Source of the DNA: Candidatus Omnitrophota bacterium | Lineage (GTDB): Bacteria; Omnitrophota; Gorgyraeia; DTHP01 | Length of the DNA: 64,000 nucleotides | Direction of reading: 5' to 3' | Assembly (NCBI GenBank): GCA_023819145.1 | Contig: JAMWCW010000002.1 | Coordinates: 139,231-203,230, forward strand | Part shown: positions 39,246 through 52,800 of the stretch, one piece after another | Layout: each line of letters begins with the position of its first letter | How positions within the stretch are numbered: position 1 is the stretch's first letter | Position numbers and translations under genes: made by a program | The notes under the pieces: generated by a model | What the model was told of the DNA's origin: nothing | Seen by the model: the letters and a program-made list of their open reading frames with translations, nothing else | Database searches by the model: none

Positions 39246-39590
39246 CTAATTCCTCCCCCTTTTTATTTCATCAAGCTCTATGGTAATATGTGTAGTCCTA
39301 CGCCTAATCATATTTGCTCTGCCAAAAGGAGCGGCCCGATATCGCTTCAAAACCGGACCACCATCGGCGGTAATCTTGGAAATATATAATCTTCTTCCCT
39401 TTAATCCCTTAAACTCTGCATTAGCTATTGCAGATTTGAGTACCTTCAAAATATAAATTGCCGGTCGTTTGTTTAAATTAATGAGTAGCGCTTCCGCAGT
39501 ATCTACGTCCTTACCCCGAACAATGTCCGCTACTTGACGAACCTTTCGCGGGGATAACCTTAAATATCGCAAAACAGCATGTGAAACCAT
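39246..39590 (-). CDS. rplV: 50S ribosomal protein L22
   Basis: SPRKVR, SAIANA and GRA..I..RT.HIT. Confidence 0.97.
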   Translation of the reverse strand: MVSHAVLRYLRLSPRKVRQVADIVRGKDVDTAEALLINLNKRPAIYILKVLKSAIANAEFKGLKGRRLYISKITADGGPVLKRYRAAPFGRANMIRRRTTHITIELDEIKRGRN

Positions 39591-39606
39591 TAAAACCTCT
39601 TTCTCT

Positions 39607-39906
39607 TTATTCCTTTCCCGTTTTTACTCCCTCGGCAGCAACCTTTGTTCCTGCTCCACCATGTTTTCTAAAAGTCCGTGTAGGAGCGAACTCACCTAAA
39701 CGGTGTCCAACCATATGCTCTGTAACATAAACAGGGATAAATTTCTGACCATTATATACAAGAAAAGTATATCCTACAAACTCGGGTAGAATCATCGATT
39801 TTCTTGACCAAGTTTTTATGGGTTTATGCTCTTGTTTTATAGTATTCTTAACTTTTTCAACCAACTTTTGATCTACATAAGGTCCTTTTTTTATACTCCG
39901 TGCCAT
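39607..39906 (-). CDS. rpsS: 30S ribosomal protein S19
   Basis: [15 protein letters not shown] and [13 protein letters not shown]. Confidence 0.98.
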   Translation of the reverse strand: MARSIKKGPYVDQKLVEKVKNTIKQEHKPIKTWSRKSMILPEFVGYTFLVYNGQKFIPVYVTEHMVGHRLGEFAPTRTFRKHGGAGTKVAAEGVKTGKE

Positions 39907-39949
39907 CTTAATCTACCTCATTTAATGTGAATGATTAATGATGAGAAAA

Positions 39950-40777
39950 TCATTTTCTCCTTTTCACAATATAGCTATCAGAATATTTCTTTTTCCTTCT
40001 CGTCTTATATCCTTTTGTAGGTTTACCCCAGGGAGTAACCGGATGGGGATTTCCCTGACCACTCTTACCTTCTCCTCCTCCGTGAGGATGGTCAATAGGA
40101 TTCATTGCCGCACCTCGGACATGAGGACGTCTTCCTAACCAACGTGAACGTCCTGCTTTACCGATCGCAATGTTCTTATGATCTATATTCCCCAATTGTC
40201 CTATAGTAGCAAAACAGTCAAGATTTATTAACCTAATTTCACCCGAAGGCATCTTGACATGAGCAAAATTTCCTTCCTTCGCCATTACTTGAGCAGAACC
40301 TCCTGCGGCTCTTACCAATTTACCTCCTCTACCTTTTATCAATTCTATATTATGCACCAATGTTCCTACGGGAATGTTTCTCAAAGGTAAAGCGTTGCCA
40401 ATTTTTATTTCTACTTCTGGCCCCGAAACAAGCTTTTCTCCTACCTTAAGCCCTAAGGGAGCAAGAATATATCTTTTTTCACCATCTTCGTATTTCAGAA
40501 GAGCAATCCGTGCTGAGCGGTTAGGGTCGTATTCAATAGATTCTACTACTGCAGGGATGTTAATTTTTTCGCGTTTAAAATCAATGAGACGATAATACCG
40601 TTTATGCCCTCCACCAATATGACGCGCAGTAAGATGTCCAAACTGATTCCTTCCCCCTCCTTTTTTCAAAATCTCAATGAGAGACCGTTCGGGCTCATCA
40701 CGTGTAATCTCCTCAAATGAAGAAACCGTCTGCCATCTTAAAGTGGGAGTAACCGGTTTATATTTTTTAATCCCCAT
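39950..40777 (-). CDS. rplB: 50S ribosomal protein L2
   Basis: EYDPNRSA and [13 protein letters not shown]. Confidence 0.98.
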   Translation of the reverse strand: MGIKKYKPVTPTLRWQTVSSFEEITRDEPERSLIEILKKGGGRNQFGHLTARHIGGGHKRYYRLIDFKREKINIPAVVESIEYDPNRSARIALLKYEDGEKRYILAPLGLKVGEKLVSGPEVEIKIGNALPLRNIPVGTLVHNIELIKGRGGKLVRAAGGSAQVMAKEGNFAHVKMPSGEIRLINLDCFATIGQLGNIDHKNIAIGKAGRSRWLGRRPHVRGAAMNPIDHPHGGGEGKSGQGNPHPVTPWGKPTKGYKTRRKKKYSDSYIVKRRK

Positions 40778-40788
40778 CGATTCTCCTT

Positions 40789-41070
40789 TTATGCCTGTTC
40801 TATCTTATGCCCTTCTTTTAAAGTAACCACTGCTTTTTTCCAGTCTGGTTTTCTTCCCTGGGAACGACCTATCCTTCTCCATTTTCCAGGGACTACTAAA
40901 GTATTTACATCCTTTACCTTAACATTATAAATCTTTTCTATCGCCTGCCTAATCTGAATTTTATTTGCTTCGGGATTCACAGCAAAGGTATACTTATTCC
41001 ATTTCCCCTGTCTGGTAGACTGCTCTGTCTGGAGCATAAACAAAACGCAATCATGAGCCTCTAGCTTCAT
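40789..41070 (-). CDS. rplW: 50S ribosomal protein L23
   Basis: ANKIQI..A.E..Y.VKV..VNT and WKKAVVTL. Confidence 0.96.
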   Translation of the reverse strand: MKLEAHDCVLFMLQTEQSTRQGKWNKYTFAVNPEANKIQIRQAIEKIYNVKVKDVNTLVVPGKWRRIGRSQGRKPDWKKAVVTLKEGHKIEQA

Positions 41071-41711
41071 TTATTTATCCTCAAAATAAGTCCTTCCAAT
41101 GCGGAAGGGGTCAAAATAAGCAAATCGCTATATAAAATGTCCATAACATTTACTTCGTCATCTGTCTTAACTACTACTCCCGCTATATTTCTGCTTGCTA
41201 AGCGTATCCCCGGAGTTACTTCCTTCAATACGAAGAGAATTCTTCCTTTTAGTTTTAGCTTTTCTAAAATCTTGGCAAAATTTTTTGTTTTTGGATTTTC
41301 TAACTTAATATTATCTTCGACTAATCTAAGACTCGATCCTTTCCAATGCATGTTTAAACAGTCTTTCAATCCGCGTTTTAAGATTTTTTTGGGCAAACGA
41401 TACGCATAGTCACGCGGAATAGGACCAAAAACCTTTCCCCCACCTCTCCAAAGAGGAGACCTTATACTTCCCATTCTCGCACGACCGGTTCCTTTCTGAC
41501 GCCAAGGTTTACGATTGCCACCTTTTACCTCGCCTCTGGTCTTTGTAGAAGCTGTTCCCTTCCTCTGATTTGCTTCATACATAAGCTTTATCTGATGAAG
41601 AAGGTCGATATTAACTTTTCCATCGAAAATATCCGCATTCAGAGGAACCTTTTCTTTCTCTTTTCCTTCCAAGTCGTATAGAACCAAAAAGTTATTGCTT
41701 TCAGTATTCAT
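41067..41711 (-). CDS. rplD: 50S ribosomal protein L4
   Basis: KPWRQKGTGRAR.GS.RSP.WRGGG. Confidence 0.98.
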   Translation of the reverse strand: MNTESNNFLVLYDLEGKEKEKVPLNADIFDGKVNIDLLHQIKLMYEANQRKGTASTKTRGEVKGGNRKPWRQKGTGRARMGSIRSPLWRGGGKVFGPIPRDYAYRLPKKILKRGLKDCLNMHWKGSSLRLVEDNIKLENPKTKNFAKILEKLKLKGRILFVLKEVTPGIRLASRNIAGVVVKTDDEVNVMDILYSDLLILTPSALEGLILRINK

Positions 41712-42355
41712 TTCTTAATCTTGGGTTGTTTTCTTGACTTTCTAACCAATACTAAATTATTCCCTGGACCAGGAACCGCTCCTTTAACCACAAGAAGATT
41801 CTTTTCTTTGTCACGAAAAATAACCTTTAAATTCTTCACGGTAATTCTACTATTCCCCATTCTCCCCGGCATATGTTGTCCTTTAAAAACTCTTGAGGGA
41901 TCAGTACTGGAACCGATCGAACCCGGACGCCGATGCGACATTGAACCGTGTGTCTTAGGCCCTCCTTTCCAATTCCAACGTTTCATTCCTCCTTGAAAAC
42001 CCTTACCAATAGAATTTCCTTGAACATCCACATAAATTGCACCATTGAATAATTCTACATCAAGCAAATCACCGGGTTTGTATTTGCTTAACTCTTCTCT
42101 ATCAATTCTTACTTCTCGAATAAATCTCTGGGGCTTTATGCCAATTTTCTCAAAAAACTTTAACTCTGCACGATTAATTCCTTTGTTCTTTCTCTCTTCA
42201 AACCCAATCTGTAATGCATAATAACCATCTTTTTCATTGCTAATAACCCGAAGAACATAACATGGCCCCACACGGAGAACGGTCACAGGCATAACTGTTC
42301 CCTTATCATCATATAACTGCGTCATCCCAATCTTTTTCCCTAATAAAGAATCCAT
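41708..42355 (-). CDS. rplC: 50S ribosomal protein L3
   Basis: GKKIGMTQ, GKGFQG and HGS..HR.PGSIG. Confidence 0.98.
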   Translation of the reverse strand: MDSLLGKKIGMTQLYDDKGTVMPVTVLRVGPCYVLRVISNEKDGYYALQIGFEERKNKGINRAELKFFEKIGIKPQRFIREVRIDREELSKYKPGDLLDVELFNGAIYVDVQGNSIGKGFQGGMKRWNWKGGPKTHGSMSHRRPGSIGSSTDPSRVFKGQHMPGRMGNSRITVKNLKVIFRDKEKNLLVVKGAVPGPGNNLVLVRKSRKQPKIKK

Positions 42356-42398
42356 CGCTCTATCACGTTATTTTCGCTTTATCAAAAAACAATTCTCA

Positions 42399-42704
42399 TT
42401 ATCTAATTTCCGCATGCACCCCTGCGGGAAGATTTAACTTTCGTAATGCCTCCATAGTCTTAGCAGTAGGGTCTAAAATGTCGATGATTCTTTTATGAAC
42501 TTTCATCTCGAATTGTTCTCTGGATTTTTTATCAATTACCGGAGACCGTAAAACCGTATAGACCCTCCACTTTGTTGGTAAGGGAATAGGACCTCTTACC
42601 TTCGCTCCTGTCTTTTTAGCACTTTCTACAATCTCTGCAGCTGATTGGTCAAGAATGCGATGGTCGTAAGCTTTTAATTTTATCCGAATCTTATGCTCAG
42701 CCAT
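42399..42704 (-). CDS. rpsJ: 30S ribosomal protein S10
   Basis: [17 protein letters not shown] and SREQFE. Confidence 0.98.
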   Translation of the reverse strand: MAEHKIRIKLKAYDHRILDQSAAEIVESAKKTGAKVRGPIPLPTKWRVYTVLRSPVIDKKSREQFEMKVHKRIIDILDPTAKTMEALRKLNLPAGVHAEIR

Positions 42705-42729
42705 TTATCCTCACTTATATTATATTTAT

Positions 42730-44805
42730 TTAGAATATTCCCGACAGTATTTTCTCTAATGTCTCTTTAGGAACCTCTTGATAAAAAGAAGGTTCCATGG
42801 TATAGCTACCTCTGCCCTGCGTTAGCGACCTTATCTTCGTCACATAACCAAACATCTCTGCAAGCGGAACAAACCCACGAATTGTCTTTATATTGCCCCG
42901 CTGACCAAGCCCAACGATCTGTGCCCGACGAGAATTTAAATCCCCCAAAACCTCACCTAAGTATTCCTCAGGAGTAATGACTTCAATATCCATAATGGGT
43001 TCCATCAATATAGGTTCACCCTTTTTTAAGGCTTCTCTCAAAGCAAGAGAACCTGCCATACGAAAAGAAAATTCAGAAGAATCAACCTCATGATATGCTC
43101 CATCAATCAAAGAAACCTTAATATCAATAATCGGAAAATTCGCTAAGACCCCCGTCTGGGCTGCTTCTCGAACCCCTGCTTCTACTGCAGGAATAAATTC
43201 CTTAGGAATAACTCCCCGCGTAATACGGTTAATGAAAACTATACCTGAATTTTTCTCACCTGGTTCTACTTCAATAACAACCTTACCAAATTGCCCCTTT
43301 CCTCCCGTCTGTTGAATAAATTTGCCTTCAGATAACACTTTCTTTCTGATCGTCTCTTTATAAGCTACCTGCGGTCTGCCTACATTTGTCTGAACATTAA
43401 ATTCACGTGCAAGACGCTCCAGAATTATCTCCAAATGAAGTTCACCCATCCCCCAAATAATCGTCTGGTTGGTTTCAGAATTATATCTAACTCTGAAAGT
43501 AGGATCCTCTTCTTCTATTTTATGCAAAGACAGGGAAAGGCGCTCTTGGTCGGCTTTAGTAATGGGTTCAATTGCCATAGAGATTACCGGTTCAGGGAAA
43601 TGCATGCTTTCTAATAAAATAGGATGGTCTTCGTCACATATGGTTTCACCAGTAACTGTATCTTTAAGTCCAACGCAAGCCACGATATCCCCTGCTGAGG
43701 CTTCTTCAATAATCTCTTGTCTATTTGCATGCATGCGCACAAGTTTCTGTATTTTTTCGCTTATTCTTTTATTTGCATTATAAACATACATACCTGAATA
43801 TAATTTCCCTGAATATATACGGAAATAGGAAAGTTTACCAATATAAGGGTCAACCATAATCTTGAAACACAATGCTGAAAGATATCCTTCAGAGTCCACT
43901 TCCCGTTCAACAATCTCTTGATTCAAAGGAGATTTTCCACTTATTGCCCCCCTGTCAAGAGGAGAAGGTAAATAGTCACAGATAGCATCCAGTAAAGGCT
44001 GTATTCCTCTATTCCGTAACGAGGCGCCACACAAAACAGGGGTTGCTTTGTTCTTTAAAGTCGCTCTTCTTATCCCTTCTTTTAAATCGAGAAGAGTAAT
44101 CTTTTCACTGTGAATAAATTTATTCATAACTAAATCATCTACTTCTGCTAACCTTTCAATTAACTTTTCCCTCTGCAATGAAACTACATCTTTATAATTT
44201 TCTGGAACATTTTCCTCTCTGTATTCTACACATTCGGGATCAAGATCATAAATAATCGCTTTCATTTCCAAGAGGTCAACTATCCCTATAAAATTATCTT
44301 CTTGGACCATAGGTATTTGTAGAACCAAAGGCTTTGCTCCTAATTTTTCTTCCATTTGTTTTACCACACCAAAAAAATCACTTCCCACGCGGTCAAGCTT
44401 ATTCACATAGGCAATCCGTGCAACTTTATAACGGTCCGCTTGATGCCACACTGTTTCCGATTGGGGTTCTACACCACCGACGCCACAGAATACCACTACC
44501 GCTCCATCCAAAACCTTTAACGAACGCTCCACCTCCACAGTAAAATCTACATGACCCGGTGTGTCAATTATATTTATCTGAAAATCTTTCCAGAAACAGG
44601 TAGTAGAAGCAGCGGTAATAGTAATTCCTCTTTCTTGTTCCTGTTCCATCCAATCCATAGACGCAGTTCCCTCATCTACTTCGCCTATGCGATGGATTCT
44701 TCCTGTATAAAATAGAATTCGTTCGGTAGTGGTGGTTTTACCCGCATCAATATGAGCAACAATCCCAATATTTCTGATATTCTTCAACAAAATTAACCTA
44801 CTCAT
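42730..44805 (-). CDS. fusA: Elongation factor G
   Basis: [22 protein letters not shown] and NKLD; start trimmed to [14 protein letters not shown]. Confidence 0.97.
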   Translation of the reverse strand: MSRLILLKNIRNIGIVAHIDAGKTTTTERILFYTGRIHRIGEVDEGTASMDWMEQEQERGITITAASTTCFWKDFQINIIDTPGHVDFTVEVERSLKVLDGAVVVFCGVGGVEPQSETVWHQADRYKVARIAYVNKLDRVGSDFFGVVKQMEEKLGAKPLVLQIPMVQEDNFIGIVDLLEMKAIIYDLDPECVEYREENVPENYKDVVSLQREKLIERLAEVDDLVMNKFIHSEKITLLDLKEGIRRATLKNKATPVLCGASLRNRGIQPLLDAICDYLPSPLDRGAISGKSPLNQEIVEREVDSEGYLSALCFKIMVDPYIGKLSYFRIYSGKLYSGMYVYNANKRISEKIQKLVRMHANRQEIIEEASAGDIVACVGLKDTVTGETICDEDHPILLESMHFPEPVISMAIEPITKADQERLSLSLHKIEEEDPTFRVRYNSETNQTIIWGMGELHLEIILERLAREFNVQTNVGRPQVAYKETIRKKVLSEGKFIQQTGGKGQFGKVVIEVEPGEKNSGIVFINRITRGVIPKEFIPAVEAGVREAAQTGVLANFPIIDIKVSLIDGAYHEVDSSEFSFRMAGSLALREALKKGEPILMEPIMDIEVITPEEYLGEVLGDLNSRRAQIVGLGQRGNIKTIRGFVPLAEMFGYVTKIRSLTQGRGSYTMEPSFYQEVPKETLEKILSGIF

Positions 44806-44920
44806 TACTCTTTTACTATTCTGTAAAAATTCATGATTTTTATAAAAATCAACTGAACTTTTTGTGCTTTTTGTATTGTAAATAATTTTCTCTTCTAAAA
44901 TCACTTTTGTTTTATTGCTA

Positions 44921-45388
44921 TTACCAACGAAAATGGGCAAAGGCCTTATTTGCCTCTGCCATCTTATGGGTTTCTTCTCTCTTTTTTATGGCGAATCCCT
45001 GTCCTTTGTAAGCTTCTAAAATTTCTTCTGCAAGTTTCTCTCTCATTGGTTTTCCTTTTTTCTTACGCGCAGCATCACGCATCCAGCGTAAAGCAAGCGC
45101 AATGCCTCTCTCTGGCTTCACCTCCATAGGTACTTGGTAAGTCGCTCCTCCTACTCTCCTTGGTCTTACTTCGAGCAGCGGACGCACATTATCCACTGCT
45201 TTCTGTAAAATATCTAACGGCTCGGCTTTTAATTGCTGAGAAATAATCTCTAAAGCAGAATAAACAATTTTTTCCGCAATTGCTTTTTTACCCTCCCACA
45301 TCAAAAGGTTTATCAAACGCTGGACAAGCTTAGAATTATAAACCGCGTCGGGTAAAGTTTCTTTTTTTACTGCTCTTCTCCTTCTCAT
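44921..45388 (-). CDS. rpsG: 30S ribosomal protein S7
   Basis: [11 protein letters not shown] and [15 protein letters not shown]. Confidence 0.98.
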   Translation of the reverse strand: MRRRRAVKKETLPDAVYNSKLVQRLINLLMWEGKKAIAEKIVYSALEIISQQLKAEPLDILQKAVDNVRPLLEVRPRRVGGATYQVPMEVKPERGIALALRWMRDAARKKKGKPMREKLAEEILEAYKGQGFAIKKREETHKMAEANKAFAHFRW

Positions 45389-45427
45389 GGTTCTATCCTC
45401 AATTTTCTTCGGCTATTTAAAAAATAA

Positions 45428-45799
45428 TTACTTGGGCATCTTCGTTCCATATTTGGAACGCGATTTCTTACGATCCGTTACACCCGCTGTATCTAAGGCC
45501 CCACGCACAATATGATAGCGTACTCCCGGCAAGTCTTTAACTCTACCCCCTCTTACTAAAACAATAGAATGCTCCTGAAGATTGTGTCCTTCACCAGGGA
45601 TGTAGGAAGTAACTTCTATCCCCGTTGTTAACCGCACCCGTGCAATTTTTCGTAAAGCAGAATTGGGCTTTTTAGGAGTCATCGTCCTCACCTGAACACA
45701 CACCCCTCTGCGTTGAGGACATCCCTTAAGTGCAGGAGATTTTGATTTTTTTCTCCTTTTCTCTCTTCCCTTTCGCAATAACTGACTTAAAGTTGGCAT
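45428..45799 (-). CDS. rpsL: 30S ribosomal protein S12
   Basis: [11 protein letters not shown] and [11 protein letters not shown]; start MPTLSQL follows a GGAGG RBS. Confidence 0.98.
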   Translation of the reverse strand: MPTLSQLLRKGREKRRKKSKSPALKGCPQRRGVCVQVRTMTPKKPNSALRKIARVRLTTGIEVTSYIPGEGHNLQEHSIVLVRGGRVKDLPGVRYHIVRGALDTAGVTDRKKSRSKYGTKMPK

Positions 45800-45817
45800 A
45801 CCCCTCCTTATCAAAAC

Positions 45818-48800
45818 CTATTCAATCTTTTTTACTACCTCTAATTCCTGATGAGTACGAAAACCTGTTCCTGCAGGAACCAAATGTCCCATGATTACAT
45901 TCTCCTTTAACCCCCTTAAGTCATCTCGCTTACCTGCAGCAGCTGCTTCAGTAAGAACTCGTGTTGTTTCTTGGAAACTGGCTGCAGAAATAAAACTTTC
46001 GGTGGTCAAGGAAGCCTTAGTAATACCTTGAAGAATGGGGGTAGCAATAGCAGGACGTGAACCTTTTTTCATTACCCTCTCATTTTCGTCACGGAAAACA
46101 AATTTATCCACTTCCTGTCCCATTAAGAAATCGGTATCACCAGGGTCTTCGATAACAACTTTTCTTAACATCTGTCTAATAATCAATTCTATATGCTTAT
46201 CATCTATCTTGACTCCCTGCAGACGATAAACCTCTTGAATTTCGTTAAGAAGATATTCTTGTAATTTTTTATCTCCACATATCCTCAATATGTCCTGAGG
46301 AACTATCGGACCATCGGTAAGCGGTTGTCCACTCGTAACCCAATCTCCTTTGTATACATTAAGGTGTTTTCCATGAGGAATTATATATTCTTTCCTCATT
46401 CCCGATGGACTACGAATAATAACCCTCCTTTGCCCCTTCTTCGCAGGACCAAACTCTACCCAGCCATCTATTTCACTAATAATTGCTGGATCATGTGGTC
46501 TTCTCGCCTCAAATAGCTCTGCTACACGAGGAAGACCACCGGTAATATCCCTTGTTTTAACGACCTTACGCGGGGTCTTAGCCAAAACTGTTCCCGCCTC
46601 CACAATCTGACCTTCTTTAACGACAATGTGAGCACCCGCAGGTAAAGCATAAACTGCCAAAACCTCCTCACTTTCTGCATTAATAACAAGTATCTGAGGA
46701 TGATAATCACCCTTATATTCAATAATTATTTTATTGACGAGTCCTGTGCTTTCATCTATTTCCTCCCGCATGGTAATACCTTCTTTAATGTCCTCAAACA
46801 TTATCTTGCCGCCTACCTCGGTTAAAATGGGAGAGGTATACGGATCCCATTTAACAAAAGTATCACCCCTTTCAACCCTCGCACCATCTTCGAATTTTAC
46901 GAGTGAACCCTGAGGTATAGAATAGCGTTCAAGTTCCCTTCCTGCCTCATCATTGATAACTACTTGACCATTGCGGTTAAGAACGACAATCTGTCCTTTT
47001 GTCTTTACAGTTCTTAGATTAGAATATTTTATAATTCCAGAATTTTTTGCTTGCAGAAAAGATTGTTCTATAATTCTACTTGCGGTACCTCCAATATGGA
47101 ATGTCCTCATGGTTAACTGAGTACCAGGCTCTCCAATAGATTGAGCCGCAATTATCCCCACTGCCTCTCCCATCTCTACTATTCTTTGAGTAGCAAGATT
47201 CCTCCCATAACATTTAGCACAAACACCGTGTCTGGTTTCACAAGTCAATACCGACCGAATGCGAATCTTTTCTATACCTAACTGTTCAATACGCTCTGCC
47301 TGTTCTTCTGTAATCTCTTCTTCTGCTTTCACAATAACCTCATCAGTAATAATATCCACTATATTATCCAAAGCAACTCTTCCTATAATGCGTTCCTTTA
47401 AACTCACTACCACCTCATCCCCCTCAATAATGGCTGCTACAAATATACCGTTAAGGGTCTTGCAATCTTCTTCCGTGACAATAACATCCTGTGCCACATC
47501 AATTAAACGACGAGTAAGATACCCGGCATCTGCGGTCTTTAAAGCTGTGTCCGCCAAACCTTTTCTGGCTCCATGTGTAGAGATAAAATATTCCAAGACG
47601 CTTAACCCTTCTCTGAAGTTGGCAGTAATCGGAGACTCTATAATTTCTCCCGAAGGTTTAGCCATTAGCCCACGCATTCCTGCAAGTTGTCTAATCTGGA
47701 GACGCGAACCACGAGCACCTGAATCTGCCATCATAAAAACAGGATTAAATGGCTCCAGTTCTCTAAATATCTGGTCTGAAACGGTATCGGTAATGTGCGT
47801 CCAAATATCTATGATTCTGTTATAGCGCTCCCCATCAGTAATTATTCCCTTTTTATATTGCTCTTCTACATGAGCCACTTCTTCCTTAGCATGTTTAAGC
47901 AATTCTTCTTTCTTTTTAGGAATACTCAAATCTTCTACTGCCATAGAAAGTCCAGCAAGCGTAGCCATTTCAAATCCCAGATTCTTAAGCCGGTCTAAAA
48001 ACATTACTGTCTCATGATGCCCAAATTTTCTATAACAGGATTGAATAAGCTTGCTTAATCTAGTCTTGTCCACTACCTCGTTGAAGAAGGCCATCCCTGG
48101 GGTAAGCACACTATTAAAAATTACTCTTCCTACCGTCGTCTCAACAATGTTGCCATTAACTCTTAATTTAATTTTTGCGTGTAAAGGAATCTCCTTGTCA
48201 CCATAGGCGTAAATAACTTCTTCAGAGGAAGAAAAATACCTAATTTCTTCACCCTGGTCTGGTTTTTCTTTGGTAAGATAATGGCATCCTAAAACAATAT
48301 CCTGAGAAGGAGTAACTATCGGACCACCATTGGCAGGAGAAAAAATATTGTGTGAGGCAAGCATAATCAATCTGGCTTCCATCTGAGCTTCTATAGAAAG
48401 AGGAACATGGACAGCCATCTGGTCCCCATCGAAATCAGCATTAAATGCAGAACAAACTAAGGGATGTATTTTAATTGCTTTGCCCTCTACCAAAACAGGT
48501 TGAAATGCTTGTATCCCTAAACGATGTAAAGTGGGAGCACGATTAAGCAAAACCGGATGGTCCTTAATTACTTCCTCAAGAATATCCCACACTTCCATCT
48601 TCGTCTTTTCAACCATTTTCCGTGCGCTTCTTATCGTATGCACATGCCCTTTTTCTTTCAGTTTCCGAATAATAAAAGGTTCAAAAAGCTCCAGAGCCAT
48701 TTTTTTAGGAAGACCACATTGATAAAGTTTTAACTCAGGACCAATCACAATGACACTTCGCCCCGAATAATCTACGCGTTTACCCAATAGATTCTGTCGA

Positions 48801-49834
48801 AAACGTCCCTGTTTACCTTTAAGCATATCCGCAAGTGACTTTAGAGGCCTGTTTCCTGCCCCCATTACTGGTCTACCATGCCTTCCATTGTCAAATAAAG
48901 CATCTACTGCTTCCTGAAGCATACGTTTTTCATTTCTAATAATAATCTCCGGGGCTTTTAACTCAATCAACTTCTTCAACCTATTATTGCGATTAATTAC
49001 CCGACGATACAAATCATTAAGGTCGGAAGTTGCAAACCTTCCTCCATCTAACGGAACAAGTGGTCTTAAATCCGGAGGGATAACCGGAATAACTTCTAAT
49101 ATCATCCATTCAGGTTTATTACCCGATTTTCTAAAGGCTTCAACAAATTTTAAACTCTTAACTACTTTTTTATTTACCTGACCGCTTCTTGTGCTCTTAA
49201 TTGCCTTTCTTAATTCATGCGCCATTTTATCAAGATCCAGTTCTTTCAATAAACCTTGAAGTGCCTCTGCCCCCATCTTGGCAACAAATTTATTTCCATA
49301 CTTTCCTTTTGCCTCTTGATACTTCTCTTCACTTAAAAGTTCTTTTTTACGCAAAGGAGTATCTCCAGGATCAATGACCACATATTCTTCATAGTAAATA
49401 ACCTTCTCCAGTTCCCTTACAGAAAGGTCTAAAATCAATCCCAATTTAGAGGGCATAACTTTAAAGAACCAAATATGAGAAACAGGGGAAGCAAGTTCTA
49501 TATGTCCCATTCTTTCCCGACGCACACTCGACCGCGTAACTTCTACACCACAACGGTCACAAACTACACCTTTATATTTAATTCTTTTATACTTACCACA
49601 ATAACACTCCCAGTCCTTTGTGGGTCCAAAGATACGTTCACAGAAAAGCCCATCCTTCTCCGGCTTAAAAGTCCGATAATTTATGGTCTCTGGCTTCTTG
49701 ACCTCCCCATGAGACCAGGAACGAATTGTCTCCGGAGAAGCAATTCTTATGCTTATGGCATCAAATAATGATAATCCTTCTTCCTTATCTTTTTCCTTAC
49801 TACTTTTGAGCAAAGTTTTGTTTCCCATTTTCAC
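45818..49834 (-). CDS. rpoC: RNA polymerase beta' subunit
   Basis: Zn ribbon, NADFDGD catalytic motif and [12 protein letters not shown]. Confidence 0.99.
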   Translation of the reverse strand: MKMGNKTLLKSSKEKDKEEGLSLFDAISIRIASPETIRSWSHGEVKKPETINYRTFKPEKDGLFCERIFGPTKDWECYCGKYKRIKYKGVVCDRCGVEVTRSSVRRERMGHIELASPVSHIWFFKVMPSKLGLILDLSVRELEKVIYYEEYVVIDPGDTPLRKKELLSEEKYQEAKGKYGNKFVAKMGAEALQGLLKELDLDKMAHELRKAIKSTRSGQVNKKVVKSLKFVEAFRKSGNKPEWMILEVIPVIPPDLRPLVPLDGGRFATSDLNDLYRRVINRNNRLKKLIELKAPEIIIRNEKRMLQEAVDALFDNGRHGRPVMGAGNRPLKSLADMLKGKQGRFRQNLLGKRVDYSGRSVIVIGPELKLYQCGLPKKMALELFEPFIIRKLKEKGHVHTIRSARKMVEKTKMEVWDILEEVIKDHPVLLNRAPTLHRLGIQAFQPVLVEGKAIKIHPLVCSAFNADFDGDQMAVHVPLSIEAQMEARLIMLASHNIFSPANGGPIVTPSQDIVLGCHYLTKEKPDQGEEIRYFSSSEEVIYAYGDKEIPLHAKIKLRVNGNIVETTVGRVIFNSVLTPGMAFFNEVVDKTRLSKLIQSCYRKFGHHETVMFLDRLKNLGFEMATLAGLSMAVEDLSIPKKKEELLKHAKEEVAHVEEQYKKGIITDGERYNRIIDIWTHITDTVSDQIFRELEPFNPVFMMADSGARGSRLQIRQLAGMRGLMAKPSGEIIESPITANFREGLSVLEYFISTHGARKGLADTALKTADAGYLTRRLIDVAQDVIVTEEDCKTLNGIFVAAIIEGDEVVVSLKERIIGRVALDNIVDIITDEVIVKAEEEITEEQAERIEQLGIEKIRIRSVLTCETRHGVCAKCYGRNLATQRIVEMGEAVGIIAAQSIGEPGTQLTMRTFHIGGTASRIIEQSFLQAKNSGIIKYSNLRTVKTKGQIVVLNRNGQVVINDEAGRELERYSIPQGSLVKFEDGARVERGDTFVKWDPYTSPILTEVGGKIMFEDIKEGITMREEIDESTGLVNKIIIEYKGDYHPQILVINAESEEVLAVYALPAGAHIVVKEGQIVEAGTVLAKTPRKVVKTRDITGGLPRVAELFEARRPHDPAIISEIDGWVEFGPAKKGQRRVIIRSPSGMRKEYIIPHGKHLNVYKGDWVTSGQPLTDGPIVPQDILRICGDKKLQEYLLNEIQEVYRLQGVKIDDKHIELIIRQMLRKVVIEDPGDTDFLMGQEVDKFVFRDENERVMKKGSRPAIATPILQGITKASLTTESFISAASFQETTRVLTEAAAAGKRDDLRGLKENVIMGHLVPAGTGFRTHQELEVVKKIE

Positions 49835-52800
49835 TACGCTTTCTTCTTTTCCTTCTTTATGTCAAGGCACAATCCTTGTAATTCTTTAACCAAAACATTA
49901 AAAGATTCGGGAGTTCCTGGATTTAAAGCATTTTCTCCTTTCACAATTGCTTCATATATCCGTGTCCTTCCCTCAACATCATCACTTTTCACAGTAAGAA
50001 GCTCCTGTAAAGTATAGGCAGAACCATAAGCCTCTAAAGCCCAAACCTCCATCTCTCCAAATCTCTGCCCTCCAAACTGTGCTTTACCCCCCAGCGGCTG
50101 TTGGGTAACTAAAGAATAAGGCCCTATAGAACGTGCATGAATCTTCTCATCTACCAAGTGAATGAGTTTCATCATATAAATATAACCGACCGTAACCTTG
50201 TTATCAAAAACCTCTCCCGTATAACCATCACGCAACGTAATCCTACCATCTTCAGGTAAATTAGCTTTGCGTAATTGTTCCTTAATCTCCTCCTCATTTG
50301 CACCTCCAAAAACAGGAGAAATAACCTGGATCCCCAACTCCCGGGCAGCCCACCCTAACTGAGTTTCTAAAAGCTGACCAACATTCATACGAGAAGGCAC
50401 TCCTAAAGGATTAAGCACAATTTCTACCGGTGTACCATCGGGTAAAAAAGGCATATCTTCTTCCGCCAGAATACGCGCAATTACTCCTTTATTTCCATGT
50501 CTTCCTGCTATTTTATCCCCCACAGAAAGTCTTCTTTTACTTGCTACATAAACAACTACCTTTTTCAAAACGCCGGCAGGAAGTTCATCTCCTCTCTTAA
50601 TCTGATCTATTTCACGTTCCTGTTCATAAATCAACTCTTCCATCTGATCATCGTAGAGACGCATAACTTTCCTCAACTCTTCTTCCAGCGCCTCATTATC
50701 TTTTATCTTCATTCCATCTAAATCGCACTTATCGAGTTTATGCAAATCTTTCTTCGTAATGGTTTTGTCTTGAGAAATAACCGTTTCGCCAGTATCAATA
50801 TCTAAAAGCGCAGAAGAAAGTTTTTGGCCTAAAAGAAGTTTAGATAATCTCTTATTTCTCTCTTCTTTTATCTCTTTTATTTGTTTTTGATACTGTTCTT
50901 TTATTGCATTTATTTGCTTTAACTCCTCGGTAATCACCTCTTTGGAACGAGGCTTTGCTTCTTTACGAGAGAAAATTCTGACATCAACCACTGTCCCTTC
51001 TACACCAGGGGGTACGGTTAAAGAAGCATCTCTTACATCTCCTGCTTTCTCGCCAAAGATAGCTCTTAAAAGTTTTTCCTCAGGCGTCAACTCTGTTTCC
51101 GTTTTGGGAGTAACTTTTCCTACAAGTATATCTCCGGATTTTACCTCTGCTCCTATCCGGATAATTCCATTCTCATCCAAATCTTTTAAAGCTTCTTCTC
51201 CCACTCCCGGGATATCCCGTGTAATTTCTTCGGGACCTAATTTTGTCTCTCTTGCTTCAATACTGAATTCTTCTATATGCAGAGAAGTCAGGGTATCATC
51301 TTTCAGTAATTTCTCACTTATCAAAATAGCATCCTCAAAATTGTAACCACGCCACGACATGAAAGCTACTAAGACATTCCTTCCTAAAGCCAATTCTCCA
51401 TCTTTAGTAGCAGAACCATCAGCAATTACATCCCCCTCTTTTACCCGGTCTCCCACTTTTACTATCGGTCTTTGGTTAACACAGGTATCTGCATTGGAAC
51501 GTAAGAATTTTTTCAATTCGTAAATATCTGAACCAACTACGATACGATCTGCCTGAACTTCACGAACCACGCCATCCTTTTTCGCTAAGACAACAGTGCC
51601 TGAATCTATTGCTACTCTCTTCTCCATTCCAGTCATTACAAAAGGCACCTCGGGGAATAATAAAGGAACTGCCTGTCTTTGCATATTGGAACCCATAAGA
51701 GCACGGTTAGCATCGTCATGTTCTAAAAAGGGGATAAGACTAGCAGATACAGAAACTAATTGTCTCGGTGAAACATCCATGTAGTCTACCCTCTTGGGTT
51801 CAACCTTTAAGAAATTATCTTTATAACGGCAGAAAACCAAATCTTCTATCAATTTCCCTTCTTTATCCAATTTTGCATTTGCTTGGGCAATCATAAATTT
51901 ATCTTCAACATCTGCGGTAAGATATTCTATTCTATTGGTCACCCTGCCATTTATTACTTTACGATAAGGAGTCTCTAATAAACCAAATTCATTAACCCGT
52001 GCAAAAGTGCTTAAAGAAACAATTAAACCTATGTTAGGACCTTCGGGAGTCTCAACAGGACAAACTCTACCATAGTGAGAATAATGCACATCTCTTACCT
52101 CAAAACCTGCCCGTTCTCGGTCAAGCCCCCCCGGTCCAAGAGCAGAAAGTCTTCTGCGGTGAGTCAACTCTGCCAAAGGATTGGTTTGATCCATAAACTG
52201 AGAAAGTTGACTCCGCAAAAAGAAATCCCTTACTGCACTCGCAATTAACTTTGAATTAATTAGGTGGTGGGGCATAACATTTTCCATATCATATATATTC
52301 ATCCTCTCTCGAGCTATTCTCTCCATCCGCAACATACCCACACGAAACTGATTTTCTAAAAGCTCACCCACAGTCCTCACTCGCCGATTCCCCAAGTGGT
52401 CAATATCATCTGGGTCACCAACACCCTCTTTTAGATTTAGCAAATACTTAACCGCCGCGATGACTGTCTCTAAATCCAAAACCCTCTTCTCTAAAGGTGT
52501 ATCCATATTTAACTTACGATTAATTAAATACCTTCCCACCCTCTCCAAATCATATCTCTTAGGGTCAAAAAATAGTTTTTCAAGCATAGATTTCGCGGCT
52601 TCCGCTGAAGAAGGATAACCAGGTCTTAATTTGCGGTATATATCCATGAGAGCCTCTTCCTGATTCTTCGTAAAATCTCTTTTCAAGGTATTAACAATTT
52701 CCATCACATTATTCTTTAGAACCCTTACTCTAGCCGGAATAAACTCCACGTCCCGGTCAAGAAGATTTTCTTTCGATAAACGTGTATATTTAGGAATAAG

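Noticed and set aside
44806-44940. Apparent 45-aa N-terminal extension of EF-G
   Set aside because: It overlaps rpsG and is low-complexity AT-rich sequence; ATG 44805 gives a normal 691-aa EF-G
52130-52225. Substitutions in the RpoB rifampicin cluster (FFLRSQL, THRRR)
   Set aside because: The key Q, D, H, R and S contact residues are retained, so there is no basis to claim resistance
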